Source: Microbacterium sp. 70-16 (GTDB taxonomy: Bacteria > Actinomycetota > Actinomycetes > Actinomycetales > Microbacteriaceae). Taken from it: a DNA stretch of 64,000 nt. Positions 36,538-44,370 of this stretch are shown piece by piece. The translations under genes and the position numbers were made by a program. The notes below the pieces were generated by a model. That model was not told the origin of the DNA. It did no database searches and saw only the letters and a list, made by a program, of their open reading frames with translations. Within the stretch, counting starts at the first letter, position 1. The number at the start of each line of letters is the position of its first letter. The stretch covers positions 49,974 through 113,973 of the forward strand of contig NZ_MKTQ01000009.1 of NCBI RefSeq assembly GCF_001898315.1. The letters run 5' to 3'.

Positions 36538-38348
36538 GACTGCGACGCTCCTTCGGGGGTCACCAGCATCTTCATCGGCTCCTTGCCCTCGAGCATCGAG
36601 GACAGCAGCTTGATCGTGTAGGGGTCTTGCGGGTCGCGCAGCACGTCGCGCACATTCCCGCTCTCGACGAGGCGGCCGTTCTGCATCACGACGACGCGGT
36701 CGCACAGGTCGGCGACAACACCGAAGTTGTGCGTCACGAGGATGACACTGACCCCGAGTCGCAGCTGCAGATCGCGGATGAGGTCGAGCACCTCGGCCTG
36801 CACCGTGACGTCGAGCGCCGTCGTCGGCTCGTCGGCGATGATGAGGTCGGGCTCGCAGCTGATCGCACCGGCGATCAGGACGCGCTGCGCCATGCCGCCC
36901 GACACTTCGTGCGGGTACGCCGCGAAGGTGCGCGCGGGGTTGACGATCCCGACGTCGGCGAGCAGCCGCAGCGCGCGCTTGCGTGCTTCGGCCTTCGAGA
37001 TCTGCAGCACCCGCACCATCGGACCGACCAGCTGCGAGCCGATCGTGTACGCCGGGTCGAGGTTCGACATCGGCTCCTGCGGGATGTACGAGATGCGCGT
37101 GCCGCGCAGCTTCGACATCCGGTCCTGATCCACGACCGTGTCGCCGGGGGCGACGGTGTACTCGCCGTCGAAGCGGATCGCACCGGAGACGATACGGGCT
37201 TCCGGGGGCAGCAGTCCCAGAATCGAGAACGCCGTCTGCGACTTGCCCGAGCCGGACTCGCCGACGATGCCGAGCACTTCGCCGCGGTCGACCGTGAAGG
37301 ACACGTCCCGCACGACCTCCTTGATGGCGCCGCCTGCCTGCGGATAGCCGACCGCGAGGTTCGACACGGCGACCAGGTGGTCGCCGATCGGCTCGACGAT
37401 CGCGACGCGGCGCGCGGCGGCCGTGGAGGCATCCCTCTTCGCGGATGCCCGGGTGACACGCACCTTCTCGCGGTCCTCGAGCGCGTCGCGCACAGCGTTG
37501 CCGAGGAGCACCAGCGCACCGATCGCGAGGCCGATCGCGACGGCCGGCCACACGAGCAGCAGCGGATTGAGGTAGACGTTCTTGAAGCCCTCGGCGAGCA
37601 TGACGCCCCACGTGGCGACGGCGGGGTCACCGAGACCGAGGAACTCGAGGCCCGACTGGATCGTGATCGCGACACCGCAGACGATCGCGGTCTGGATGAT
37701 GATCGGAGCGCGGACGACCGAGAAGATGTGGCGGGCGATGATGCGGTTGTCACTGAGGCCCGAGACCCGGGCCGCGTCGAAATACAGTTCGTTTCGTACC
37801 GACTGCACCGCCGTGCGCGTCAGTCGGAAGTATCCGGGGCTGATGAGCACGCCGAAGGCGATCATCGAGATCCACACCGATGGCCCGAAGGCCGCGCGGA
37901 TCGTCAGCAGCAGGATGATGCCGGGGATCGCCATCAGGACGGTGACGACCCAGTTCGACACCGAGTCGAACATTCCCGCGTAGTACCCGGCGACCAGGCC
38001 CGACGGCAGGCCGATCGCGATCGCGACGACCGCGCACAGCAGGGCAGACAGCAGCGTCGTCTGCGCGCCGAGCACGAGCCGGCTGAACGTGTCGCGTCCG
38101 GCACTGTCGGTGCCGAGCAAGTTCTCGGCGTCCGGTGCAGCCAGCGTCTTGCCGATGTTGGCGAAGTTCGCGTCGAACGGCGCGATCCACTGCGCGAAGA
38201 CCGCGACGAGCACGAGGATGCCGAGCACGATGAGTGCCGTGAGCCCCATGGGGTTGCGCACGAGTCGCACGAAGATGTGCGTGCGGGCGATGGTCGCCGG
38301 GGACGCGTGCACCTCGGCGGCGGTTTCTGCGAGGGCTGAGTCGCTCAT
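36534..38348 (-). CDS. Fused ABC permease (DppC-like) and ATP-binding (DppD-like) protein
   Basis: 604 aa. The N-terminal ~290 aa hold 6 TM helices with an EAA-type loop (DAARVSGLSDNRIIARH). The C-terminal part has Walker A GESGSGKSQ, signature VSGGMAQR and Walker B LIIADEP. Confidence 0.9.
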   Translation of the reverse strand: MSDSALAETAAEVHASPATIARTHIFVRLVRNPMGLTALIVLGILVLVAVFAQWIAPFDANFANIGKTLAAPDAENLLGTDSAGRDTFSRLVLGAQTTLLSALLCAVVAIAIGLPSGLVAGYYAGMFDSVSNWVVTVLMAIPGIILLLTIRAAFGPSVWISMIAFGVLISPGYFRLTRTAVQSVRNELYFDAARVSGLSDNRIIARHIFSVVRAPIIIQTAIVCGVAITIQSGLEFLGLGDPAVATWGVMLAEGFKNVYLNPLLLVWPAVAIGLAIGALVLLGNAVRDALEDREKVRVTRASAKRDASTAAARRVAIVEPIGDHLVAVSNLAVGYPQAGGAIKEVVRDVSFTVDRGEVLGIVGESGSGKSQTAFSILGLLPPEARIVSGAIRFDGEYTVAPGDTVVDQDRMSKLRGTRISYIPQEPMSNLDPAYTIGSQLVGPMVRVLQISKAEARKRALRLLADVGIVNPARTFAAYPHEVSGGMAQRVLIAGAISCEPDLIIADEPTTALDVTVQAEVLDLIRDLQLRLGVSVILVTHNFGVVADLCDRVVVMQNGRLVESGNVRDVLRDPQDPYTIKLLSSMLEGKEPMKMLVTPEGASQS

Positions 38349-39307
38349 GAGACACGCACCTTAGGGTTGAGCCAGCCGTTCGCGAGGTCCACGAGCAGGT
38401 TGACGATGATGACGATGATGACGGTGTAGAGCACGACGCCCATGACCAGGGGCGTGTCTCCCAGCGTGGTCGACTGCACGGCGAGGGCGCCCATGCCCGG
38501 GAGGGCGAAGATCTGCTCGATGATGACGACACCGCCGAGCATTCCGATGAAGCGCAGGCTCAGGACGGTGAGTCCGGCCGGAGCCGCACTGCGCAGGACG
38601 TGCTTGAAGAGGATGACCCCCTCGGGGATTCCACGACTGCGGAGCGTGCGGACGTAGTCCTTCTCGAGCTGGGCGATCACGGCGCTGCGGATCTGCTGCG
38701 CCGAACTCGTCAGGCCGTTGATGACGATCGCGATGACCGGCAGCGTGAGCGAGGCGATCCAGGCCGCGTCGAGGATACCGGGCTGGATGCTGCTGGTCGC
38801 GGGGAACCAGCCGAGTTGGATCGCGAAGACCGTCACGAGCACGATCGCGAGGACGAACTCGGGGATCGCCTCGCCGACGACGGCGCCGATCTGCACGCCA
38901 CGGTCGATCCAGCCGCGCTTGACTGCCGCTGCGACGCCGATGAGGGTCGCGATGATCGCGATGCCGATGATCGAGACGATCACGAGCGTCAGCGTGACCG
39001 GCAGACGCAGCGCGAGGGACTGCGCGACCGGCTGGCTCGTGATCCACGACGTGCCGAGGTCGCCCGTCAGCGCGTGCCCGGCCCAGTCGAAGAAGCGCAC
39101 GAACAGCGGCTGGTCCAGGCCCAGCTCGTGCTCTTTCGCGACGATCTGGTCTTCGGTCGCGAACTCACCGAGGATGTTGCGCGCGATGTTGGTGCTGGAG
39201 AAGTAGAGGAGGAAGAAGGTCGCCACCGAGATGGCGATCAACACGGTAACGCCTGCGATCAGGCGCTTGACGATGAAGCTCAGCATGGTGTCATTCGATC
39301 CGCTCAT
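38345..39307 (-). CDS. ABC transporter permease (DppB/OppB-like)
   Basis: 320 aa. The N-terminus is MLSFIVKRL.., with 6 TM helices and the loop DYVRTLRSRGIPEG. Its stop overlaps the start of the downstream gene. Confidence 0.9.
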   Translation of the reverse strand: MSGSNDTMLSFIVKRLIAGVTVLIAISVATFFLLYFSSTNIARNILGEFATEDQIVAKEHELGLDQPLFVRFFDWAGHALTGDLGTSWITSQPVAQSLALRLPVTLTLVIVSIIGIAIIATLIGVAAAVKRGWIDRGVQIGAVVGEAIPEFVLAIVLVTVFAIQLGWFPATSSIQPGILDAAWIASLTLPVIAIVINGLTSSAQQIRSAVIAQLEKDYVRTLRSRGIPEGVILFKHVLRSAAPAGLTVLSLRFIGMLGGVVIIEQIFALPGMGALAVQSTTLGDTPLVMGVVLYTVIIVIIVNLLVDLANGWLNPKVRVS

Positions 39308-39320
39308 GGACCCGGCGAAC

Positions 39321-39349
39321 AGCGGGGGAAGGAGGATCCTCCCCCCGCT
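39321..39349 (-). other. Intercistronic stem-loop after the binding-protein gene
   Basis: AGCGGGGGAAGGA-GGATCC-TCCCCCCGCT-type near-palindrome lies between the SBP stop (39356) and the permease start (39307). This is the classical position of a stabilising or partial-terminator hairpin in SBP-dependent ABC operons. Confidence 0.45.
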
Positions 39350-39355
39350 CGTCCG

Positions 39356-40891
39356 TCAGGATGCCGGCGAGTAGTTGTACAGGTTCGGGACCGCCTGCTG
39401 GACCTGGGGCACCAGCGTGATCTTGTCGTTGCTGTAGTACAGCTGGTTCACGCGGTAGAACGGGGCGAACCACGCCTCGTCGGTCACGTACTGGTTGACC
39501 TTCTGCGCGAGCACGCCGCTCTGGTCGCCACCGGTCTGCACGGCGTCGATGTCGGCCTGCAGCTCGGCGCTCGTCGTCTGGAACGGGTTGTAGGCGGCAT
39601 CCGTCGCGATCATCTGACGGATCGCGACCCACGGCTCACCCTGGAAGATGCTGAACCACGCCACGGGGAACTTGGCCGCGATGATGTCAGCGACATAGGT
39701 GTCGAACGGCGCGGTCGCCAGGTTCACCGTGATGCCGATATCGGCGAGCTGTTGCTTGACCATCGCCATGATCGACTCGGTGTCGGCGATCAGCGGGATC
39801 GTGATGCTGAACCCGTCGGCGTAGCCCGCCTCGGCGAGCAGCTCCTTGGCCTTCTCAGGGTCGTACGCGTACGCGTCGTCGAGCTCGGGGATGTAGGCGT
39901 CGGTCGTCTTGCCGAAGACCTGCGCGGTGACCTCGCCCTCGTCGAACTGCAGCTCCTTGAGCATCGTGGCCCGGTCGAACGCGTAGTTGATGGCCTGACG
40001 CACCCGCACATCGGCGAGCTCAGGCGCGATGGCGCCATCACGATCGAAGAGCAGCAGCCCCTGCCAGTCGACGGGGTAGGTCGTCTTCGTCAGACCCGCG
40101 TTGTCCGCCTGAGCGGCCGTCGTCGGGTCGAGCAGGACACCGTCGACCTGCCCCGAGACGATGGCGTTCACGCGCGCGGTCGTGTCCGACAGGACCTTGA
40201 AGACGACCTTGCCGAACTTCTGCGCGTCCTTGTTCCAGTAGTCGTCGTTGACCGTGAAGGTGAACTGCGAGCCGTTGACGGTGCCCGAGGCATCCAGCAC
40301 ATACGGGCCCGAGCCGACCGGCATCGTCTTGATCTCTTCGGTGCCGAGCGCCTCGGGGCTGCCCATGAAGCCGGCCGCTTGGCTGAGGTAGTACGTCATC
40401 GCCGGATCGGCGGCGGTCAGGGTGATGTCGATCGTGTCGTCGTCGACCACGGCGACGGACTCGATGGACTTCGCCTGGTTGGCATCCGGCCCGTTCGCCT
40501 CCATGAAGTGGTCGAGGTTGGCCTTGGCCGCTGCCGCGTCGAAGACGGCGCCGTCGGTGAAGGTGACGTCGGTGCGCAGGTCGAGCGTGAGAACGGTGTT
40601 GTCGTCGTTGTAGGTCCAGTCCGTCGCGAGCATCGGCGCGAGGGTGCCGTCGGGCTCGCGCAGGATCAGCGTGTCGTACACCGCCTGGTAGATCGGCATC
40701 TGGTGCCCGAGATGCGCCTGTGCCGGGTCGAACGAGGTGACGTTGACGACGGATCCCAGGGTCAGGGTGCCGCCGGCGGATGCACCGTCGGTGGCGTCGG
40801 CGCCACCGGCCGAGCCGGACGCACAGCCGGTGAGCACGAGGGCTCCGGCGACGACGACGGCCGACAGGGCCGTCAGGGGACGAAACGACAT
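39356..40891 (-). CDS. ABC transporter substrate-binding lipoprotein, family 5 (peptide/nickel/oligosaccharide type)
   Basis: Track ORF 39356..41098 trimmed to the ATG at 40891 (AAGGAGAG upstream). A signal peptide with lipobox LTGC is present. The mature part is ~490 aa and family-5-like. Confidence 0.9.
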   Translation of the reverse strand: MSFRPLTALSAVVVAGALVLTGCASGSAGGADATDGASAGGTLTLGSVVNVTSFDPAQAHLGHQMPIYQAVYDTLILREPDGTLAPMLATDWTYNDDNTVLTLDLRTDVTFTDGAVFDAAAAKANLDHFMEANGPDANQAKSIESVAVVDDDTIDITLTAADPAMTYYLSQAAGFMGSPEALGTEEIKTMPVGSGPYVLDASGTVNGSQFTFTVNDDYWNKDAQKFGKVVFKVLSDTTARVNAIVSGQVDGVLLDPTTAAQADNAGLTKTTYPVDWQGLLLFDRDGAIAPELADVRVRQAINYAFDRATMLKELQFDEGEVTAQVFGKTTDAYIPELDDAYAYDPEKAKELLAEAGYADGFSITIPLIADTESIMAMVKQQLADIGITVNLATAPFDTYVADIIAAKFPVAWFSIFQGEPWVAIRQMIATDAAYNPFQTTSAELQADIDAVQTGGDQSGVLAQKVNQYVTDEAWFAPFYRVNQLYYSNDKITLVPQVQQAVPNLYNYSPAS

Positions 40892-40925
40892 TGTTCTCTC
40901 CTTGAAAGAGTTCTCGACAGTGAGC

Positions 40926-40940
40926 TGCAACCGGTTGCGA
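40926..40940. promoter_or_regulatory. Candidate LacI-family operator O3 (TGCAACCGGTTGCGA)
   Basis: Palindrome 35 nt upstream of the SBP start. Confidence 0.5.
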
Positions 40941-40996
40941 TTACGGGACAGCCCGCCGGTCACTGAGAGCAACCATAGAGCGGATTTGATCTGGTC

Positions 40997-41010
40997 GCAA
41001 CCGATTGCCA
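40997..41010. promoter_or_regulatory. Candidate LacI-family operator O4 (GCAACCGATTGCCA)
   Basis: Second copy, 71 bp from O3. Confidence 0.5.
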
Positions 41011-41055
41011 CATCGTGATCTTTCCGAGATCTGAACCGCGGATCCACGCCGAATA

Positions 41056-41083
41056 CCCCCTGCGTTCGGCAGAACGCAGGGGG
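41056..41083 (-). terminator. Intrinsic terminator candidate after the oxidoreductase operon
   Basis: CCCCCTGCGTTC-ggca-GAACGCAGGGGG is a perfect 12-bp stem with a 4-nt loop. It lies 16 nt after the stop at 41099 and is followed on the minus strand by TATTCGG. Confidence 0.65.
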
Positions 41084-41098
41084 TCGGGGCTCGCGCAC

Positions 41099-42265
41099 TC
41101 AGCTGCGCTCGGCGAAGGCCCCCTCGGCGCGGATCCGCGCGTTGAGCTCGTCCAGGTAGCGGGCTTCATCGAAGTCGACCATGTCGACCTCCTCACCCGT
41201 CCACGCCGACAGGTGCATCGCGTTCGCGAGGCGGACGCCGTTGATGCCGTCGGGCCCAGGAGCGATCAGCGGAGTGCCGTCGAGCACGTTCGCGGCGAAG
41301 TTCTCGAGGACCGTCGCGTGCTGCAGACCCCATACCGACTCGTACTCCTTCACCTCCGTCGAGTAGTACTTGTCGGCGTCGAGCTGGCCCATGAACAGCT
41401 TCATGACGTCGTCCATCGTCATGTCCTTCGACAGCACCTGCTCGGCCTCGCGCAGACGCGTGATGGTGACGGTCTTCGAGTTGTCGACGACGATCTTGCC
41501 CTTATCGAACAGGATCTCCAGGCGGTCGGTGCCGACGAGGTCGTGCGTCGCCGTCATGAAGTGGCCGGTCGCGCCGTCGCCGAAGTCGACGATCGCGTTG
41601 ACCTCGTCTTCGACGGCGATGTTCCGGCGGAAGCCGAAACCGAGCTTCGCGAACGCCGCGCGCGGCACACCGCACAGCCACTGCCACAGGTCGAGCTGGT
41701 GCGGCGCCTGGTTCACCAGCACGCCGCCGCCTTCGCCGCCCCACGTGGCACGCCAGTCGGACTGCTCGTAGTAGCCCTGCGGACGCCACCAGTTCGTGAT
41801 GATCCACGACGTGTGCCGCAGCGCGCCGAGCTCACCCGAGTCGATGAGCTGCTTCAGGTCGATGTAGAGCGGGTTCGTGCGCTGGTTGAAGAAGACCCCG
41901 AACGTGAGCTCGGGCTTCGAGGCGGCATAGTCGATGACCTCGCGCGCCTGCGCCGTGTACACACCGACCGGCTTCTCGAGCAGCGCGTGCACGCCGCGGC
42001 TGAGGGCGGCGATGCCCATCTCGGGGTGCAGGTAGTGCGGGACGCACGTCACGATGGCATCCACGTCGCCCGACTCGATCATCGCGATGTAGTCCTCGTA
42101 GAACGGGACACTGAACTCGTCGGCCTTCGCCTTCTTGGACGCGTCGATATCGGCGATCGCACCGATCTGCATGTTCGGCACCTTGCCCTCTGTGAGCAGG
42201 CCCGCGTACATGCCGCCTTCGGCGCCGAGGCCGATGATGCCCAGGCGCACCTTCTTGTCCGTCAT
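41099..42265 (-). CDS. Gfo/Idh/MocA-family oxidoreductase
   Basis: Track ORF 41099..42793 trimmed to the ATG at 42265, which overlaps the upstream stop. It encodes 388 aa with an N-terminal Rossmann fold (VRLGIIGLGAEG), EKP and a C-terminal alpha/beta domain. Confidence 0.9.
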   Translation of the reverse strand: MTDKKVRLGIIGLGAEGGMYAGLLTEGKVPNMQIGAIADIDASKKAKADEFSVPFYEDYIAMIESGDVDAIVTCVPHYLHPEMGIAALSRGVHALLEKPVGVYTAQAREVIDYAASKPELTFGVFFNQRTNPLYIDLKQLIDSGELGALRHTSWIITNWWRPQGYYEQSDWRATWGGEGGGVLVNQAPHQLDLWQWLCGVPRAAFAKLGFGFRRNIAVEDEVNAIVDFGDGATGHFMTATHDLVGTDRLEILFDKGKIVVDNSKTVTITRLREAEQVLSKDMTMDDVMKLFMGQLDADKYYSTEVKEYESVWGLQHATVLENFAANVLDGTPLIAPGPDGINGVRLANAMHLSAWTGEEVDMVDFDEARYLDELNARIRAEGAFAERS

Positions 42266-43284
42266 TGGAGTTCTCCGTTTCGTTTCAGCTGTGCGGTCTG
42301 CTCCGGGTAGGAGCGCTCGTAGACCTCGTGGATGATGTCGACCACGCGCGCACCGTCGGCCGGGGTGATCCAGAAGGGATCCACCTCGCCCAGGCGCGCG
42401 TAGAAGTCGGTGATGAGCCGCTCGTGCGAGACGCCCCAGTAGGCGCGTTCGCCGGTGGCGACGCTGTCGTCGGCGACCGTCTCGGTACGACCGTCGGCGT
42501 AGCTGACGACGAGGTTCTCGCGCAGGCTCAACTGGCCGTTCTCGGCGACGATGTCGACCGTGATGGGCGCGTTGGTCGCGTGCGTGTTGGTCGCGTAGAA
42601 GCCCGAGCGGATGCCCCCGTCGTGCGTCAGCGTCAGCTCGGCAGTGTCTTCGACCTCGATCGGGAGTACACGGGTGGACGCGGTGCCGGTGACCGAGACG
42701 ACGGGGCCGACGAGCCAGCGCAGCAGGTCGAGGGTGTGGATGGCCTGGTTCATGAGCAGCCCTCCTCCCCCGCCCGCCCACGTGCCGCGCCACGGCGCAG
42801 CCTCGTAGTATGCCGCCGTGCGATGCCAGATCACGGTCGCCGCAGCACCCGTGATCGCACCGAGCGCGCCGGAATCGAGCAGCTGCTTGGCCGCCCTCAC
42901 CGGGGTGTTGTACCGGTTCTGGAAGCAGACCGCGATCTTCGCACTGCTACGCGCGGCGGCCGCCTCGACCGCCGCCGCCTGCCGTGGGTCGCGCGCGACG
43001 GGCTTTTCGACGATGACGTGGATGCCGGCATCCAACGCGTCGATCGCGGCGGCCGCGTGCTCGGAGTGCGGGGTCGTGATGTGCACGACGTCGGGCTGGG
43101 CGCCCGCGAACAGTGCCTGGTGCGACGCATAGGCGGGAACGCCGAGGCGTTCGGATGCCGCGGCGGCGCGGTCGGGGTCGGTGTCGCACACGGCGACGAG
43201 TTCGACGTCGTCGAGCGCATCGATCGCCGCCAGGTGCAGGCTCGAGATGTCGCCGAGCCCGATGATCGCCGCGCGCACGCTCAT
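42262..43284 (-). CDS. Gfo/Idh/MocA-family oxidoreductase (second)
   Basis: 340 aa with RAAIIGLGDIS, EKPVA and GGGLLMNQAIH. ATGA-type overlaps occur at both ends. Confidence 0.9.
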   Translation of the reverse strand: MSVRAAIIGLGDISSLHLAAIDALDDVELVAVCDTDPDRAAAASERLGVPAYASHQALFAGAQPDVVHITTPHSEHAAAAIDALDAGIHVIVEKPVARDPRQAAAVEAAAARSSAKIAVCFQNRYNTPVRAAKQLLDSGALGAITGAAATVIWHRTAAYYEAAPWRGTWAGGGGGLLMNQAIHTLDLLRWLVGPVVSVTGTASTRVLPIEVEDTAELTLTHDGGIRSGFYATNTHATNAPITVDIVAENGQLSLRENLVVSYADGRTETVADDSVATGERAYWGVSHERLITDFYARLGEVDPFWITPADGARVVDIIHEVYERSYPEQTAQLKRNGELQ

Positions 43285-44129
43285 CGCGTCGTCACTCCGG
43301 CCTGCGCGAGCAGGCCCGCGAACGCGCGGGCAGCGTGCCCGAACGCGACGGGTCCGGAGAATCCGCCGAGGGCGTGAGCCTCATCGAGATGGGGCTCGAG
43401 CGACGCGTAACCGGCATAGCCGTCAGCGGCGAGCGCCTGGATCGTCTTGAGGACCTGACCGTCGCCCTGGCCGGCGGGGACGACCGTGCCGGTGGCCGCG
43501 ACGGCATCCTTCACCTGCAGGTAGTCGAGATACGGGCGCAGCTTCGCGAACCCGTCGTCGTGGGGGTGCGCGACGCCGACCTGCACGAAGTTCGCGCTGT
43601 CCCAGGCGAGGCGCAGCGCCGGCGAGCCGACCGTCTCGACGAGGTCGAGCACACGCTCGGGCGTGTCACCGTAGATGTCCTTCTCGTTCTCGTGCAGCAG
43701 TGTGACCTGCTCGCGCTCGGCCTCGTCGGCGAGGGCGCGCATGCGCACCATCACGTCGTCGCGGGTGCTCTCCACCGGTACGCCTTCGCCGCGGAAGAAC
43801 GAGAAGATGCGGATGCTGGGGGTCTGCAGCGCGTGCGCGACGCGGATGATGCGGCGCAGCCGCGCGACCTCGAGGTCGGCATCGAGCGACACGTCCACCT
43901 TGCCGATCGGCGAGGCGACTGCCGAGACGCCCATGCCGGCATCGGTCAGGAGCTTTGCGAGCTCGGCGAGCTGCTCGTCGTCGAGGTCGACGACGTTCAC
44001 TCCCCACGCACTTCGCACCTCGATGTGCTGCGCGCCGAGCGCCTTCAGCACCGCGATCTGCACCCGAGGGTCAGGATCGATCTCATCGCCGAACCCGGAG
44101 AGGGTCCAGGTCACCGTCGTGTCAGCCAT
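43281..44129 (-). CDS. Xylose-isomerase-like TIM-barrel protein (sugar phosphate isomerase/epimerase family)
   Basis: Track ORF 43281..44489 trimmed to the ATG at 44129. It encodes 282 aa with the family pattern (IEVRSAW, IRIFSFF, LLHENE, YASLEPH). Confidence 0.85.
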   Translation of the reverse strand: MADTTVTWTLSGFGDEIDPDPRVQIAVLKALGAQHIEVRSAWGVNVVDLDDEQLAELAKLLTDAGMGVSAVASPIGKVDVSLDADLEVARLRRIIRVAHALQTPSIRIFSFFRGEGVPVESTRDDVMVRMRALADEAEREQVTLLHENEKDIYGDTPERVLDLVETVGSPALRLAWDSANFVQVGVAHPHDDGFAKLRPYLDYLQVKDAVAATGTVVPAGQGDGQVLKTIQALAADGYAGYASLEPHLDEAHALGGFSGPVAFGHAARAFAGLLAQAGVTTR

Positions 44130-44214
44130 TGACTTCCGCCTTTGCTTGTTCGCAGCCTTGGGAACCTTGCACCGGCAAGGGAACACGGCCAGTGTAGGCA
44201 GGTTTCCCCCGTCT

Positions 44215-44228
44215 TGCAACCGGTTGCC
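44215..44228. promoter_or_regulatory. Candidate LacI-family operator O5 (TGCAACCGGTTGCC)
   Basis: Palindrome in the divergent region between the genes starting at 44129 (minus) and 44371 (plus). Confidence 0.5.
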
Positions 44229-44292
44229 GCCAACTCGATATCGAAGCATCGCATCCTCCGACGCGACCGCACACCACGCGTCGATGACATTT

Positions 44293-44308
44293 TGGCAACC
44301 GATTGACA
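44293..44308. promoter_or_regulatory. Candidate LacI-family operator O6 (TGGCAACCGATTGACA)
   Basis: Second copy, 78 bp from O5 and 63 nt upstream of the GH3 start. Confidence 0.5.
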
Positions 44309-44370
44309 AACGGACGAGCATCCCGCAGAATGGCTCTATCGATCCCGCTGACGAAATCGAGGGCAACATC

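Noticed and set aside
44165-44180. CCTTGC-accg-GCAAGG inverted repeat near the RBS of the TIM-barrel gene, as a seventh LacI operator.
   Set aside because: The half-sites are in the opposite arrangement to the other six sites, the arms are only 6 bp, and the central CG spacing differs. I did not count it.
43675-44370. 5' extensions of real genes in the track: GH3 43675.., and likewise 1368.., 2183.., 13804.., 46074.., 47300.., 53766.., 54056.., 59487..60857 and 60407..61027.
   Set aside because: The extensions overlap upstream genes or intergenic operators and have atypical composition. Internal starts with an RBS or a 4-nt overlap give family-typical N-termini.
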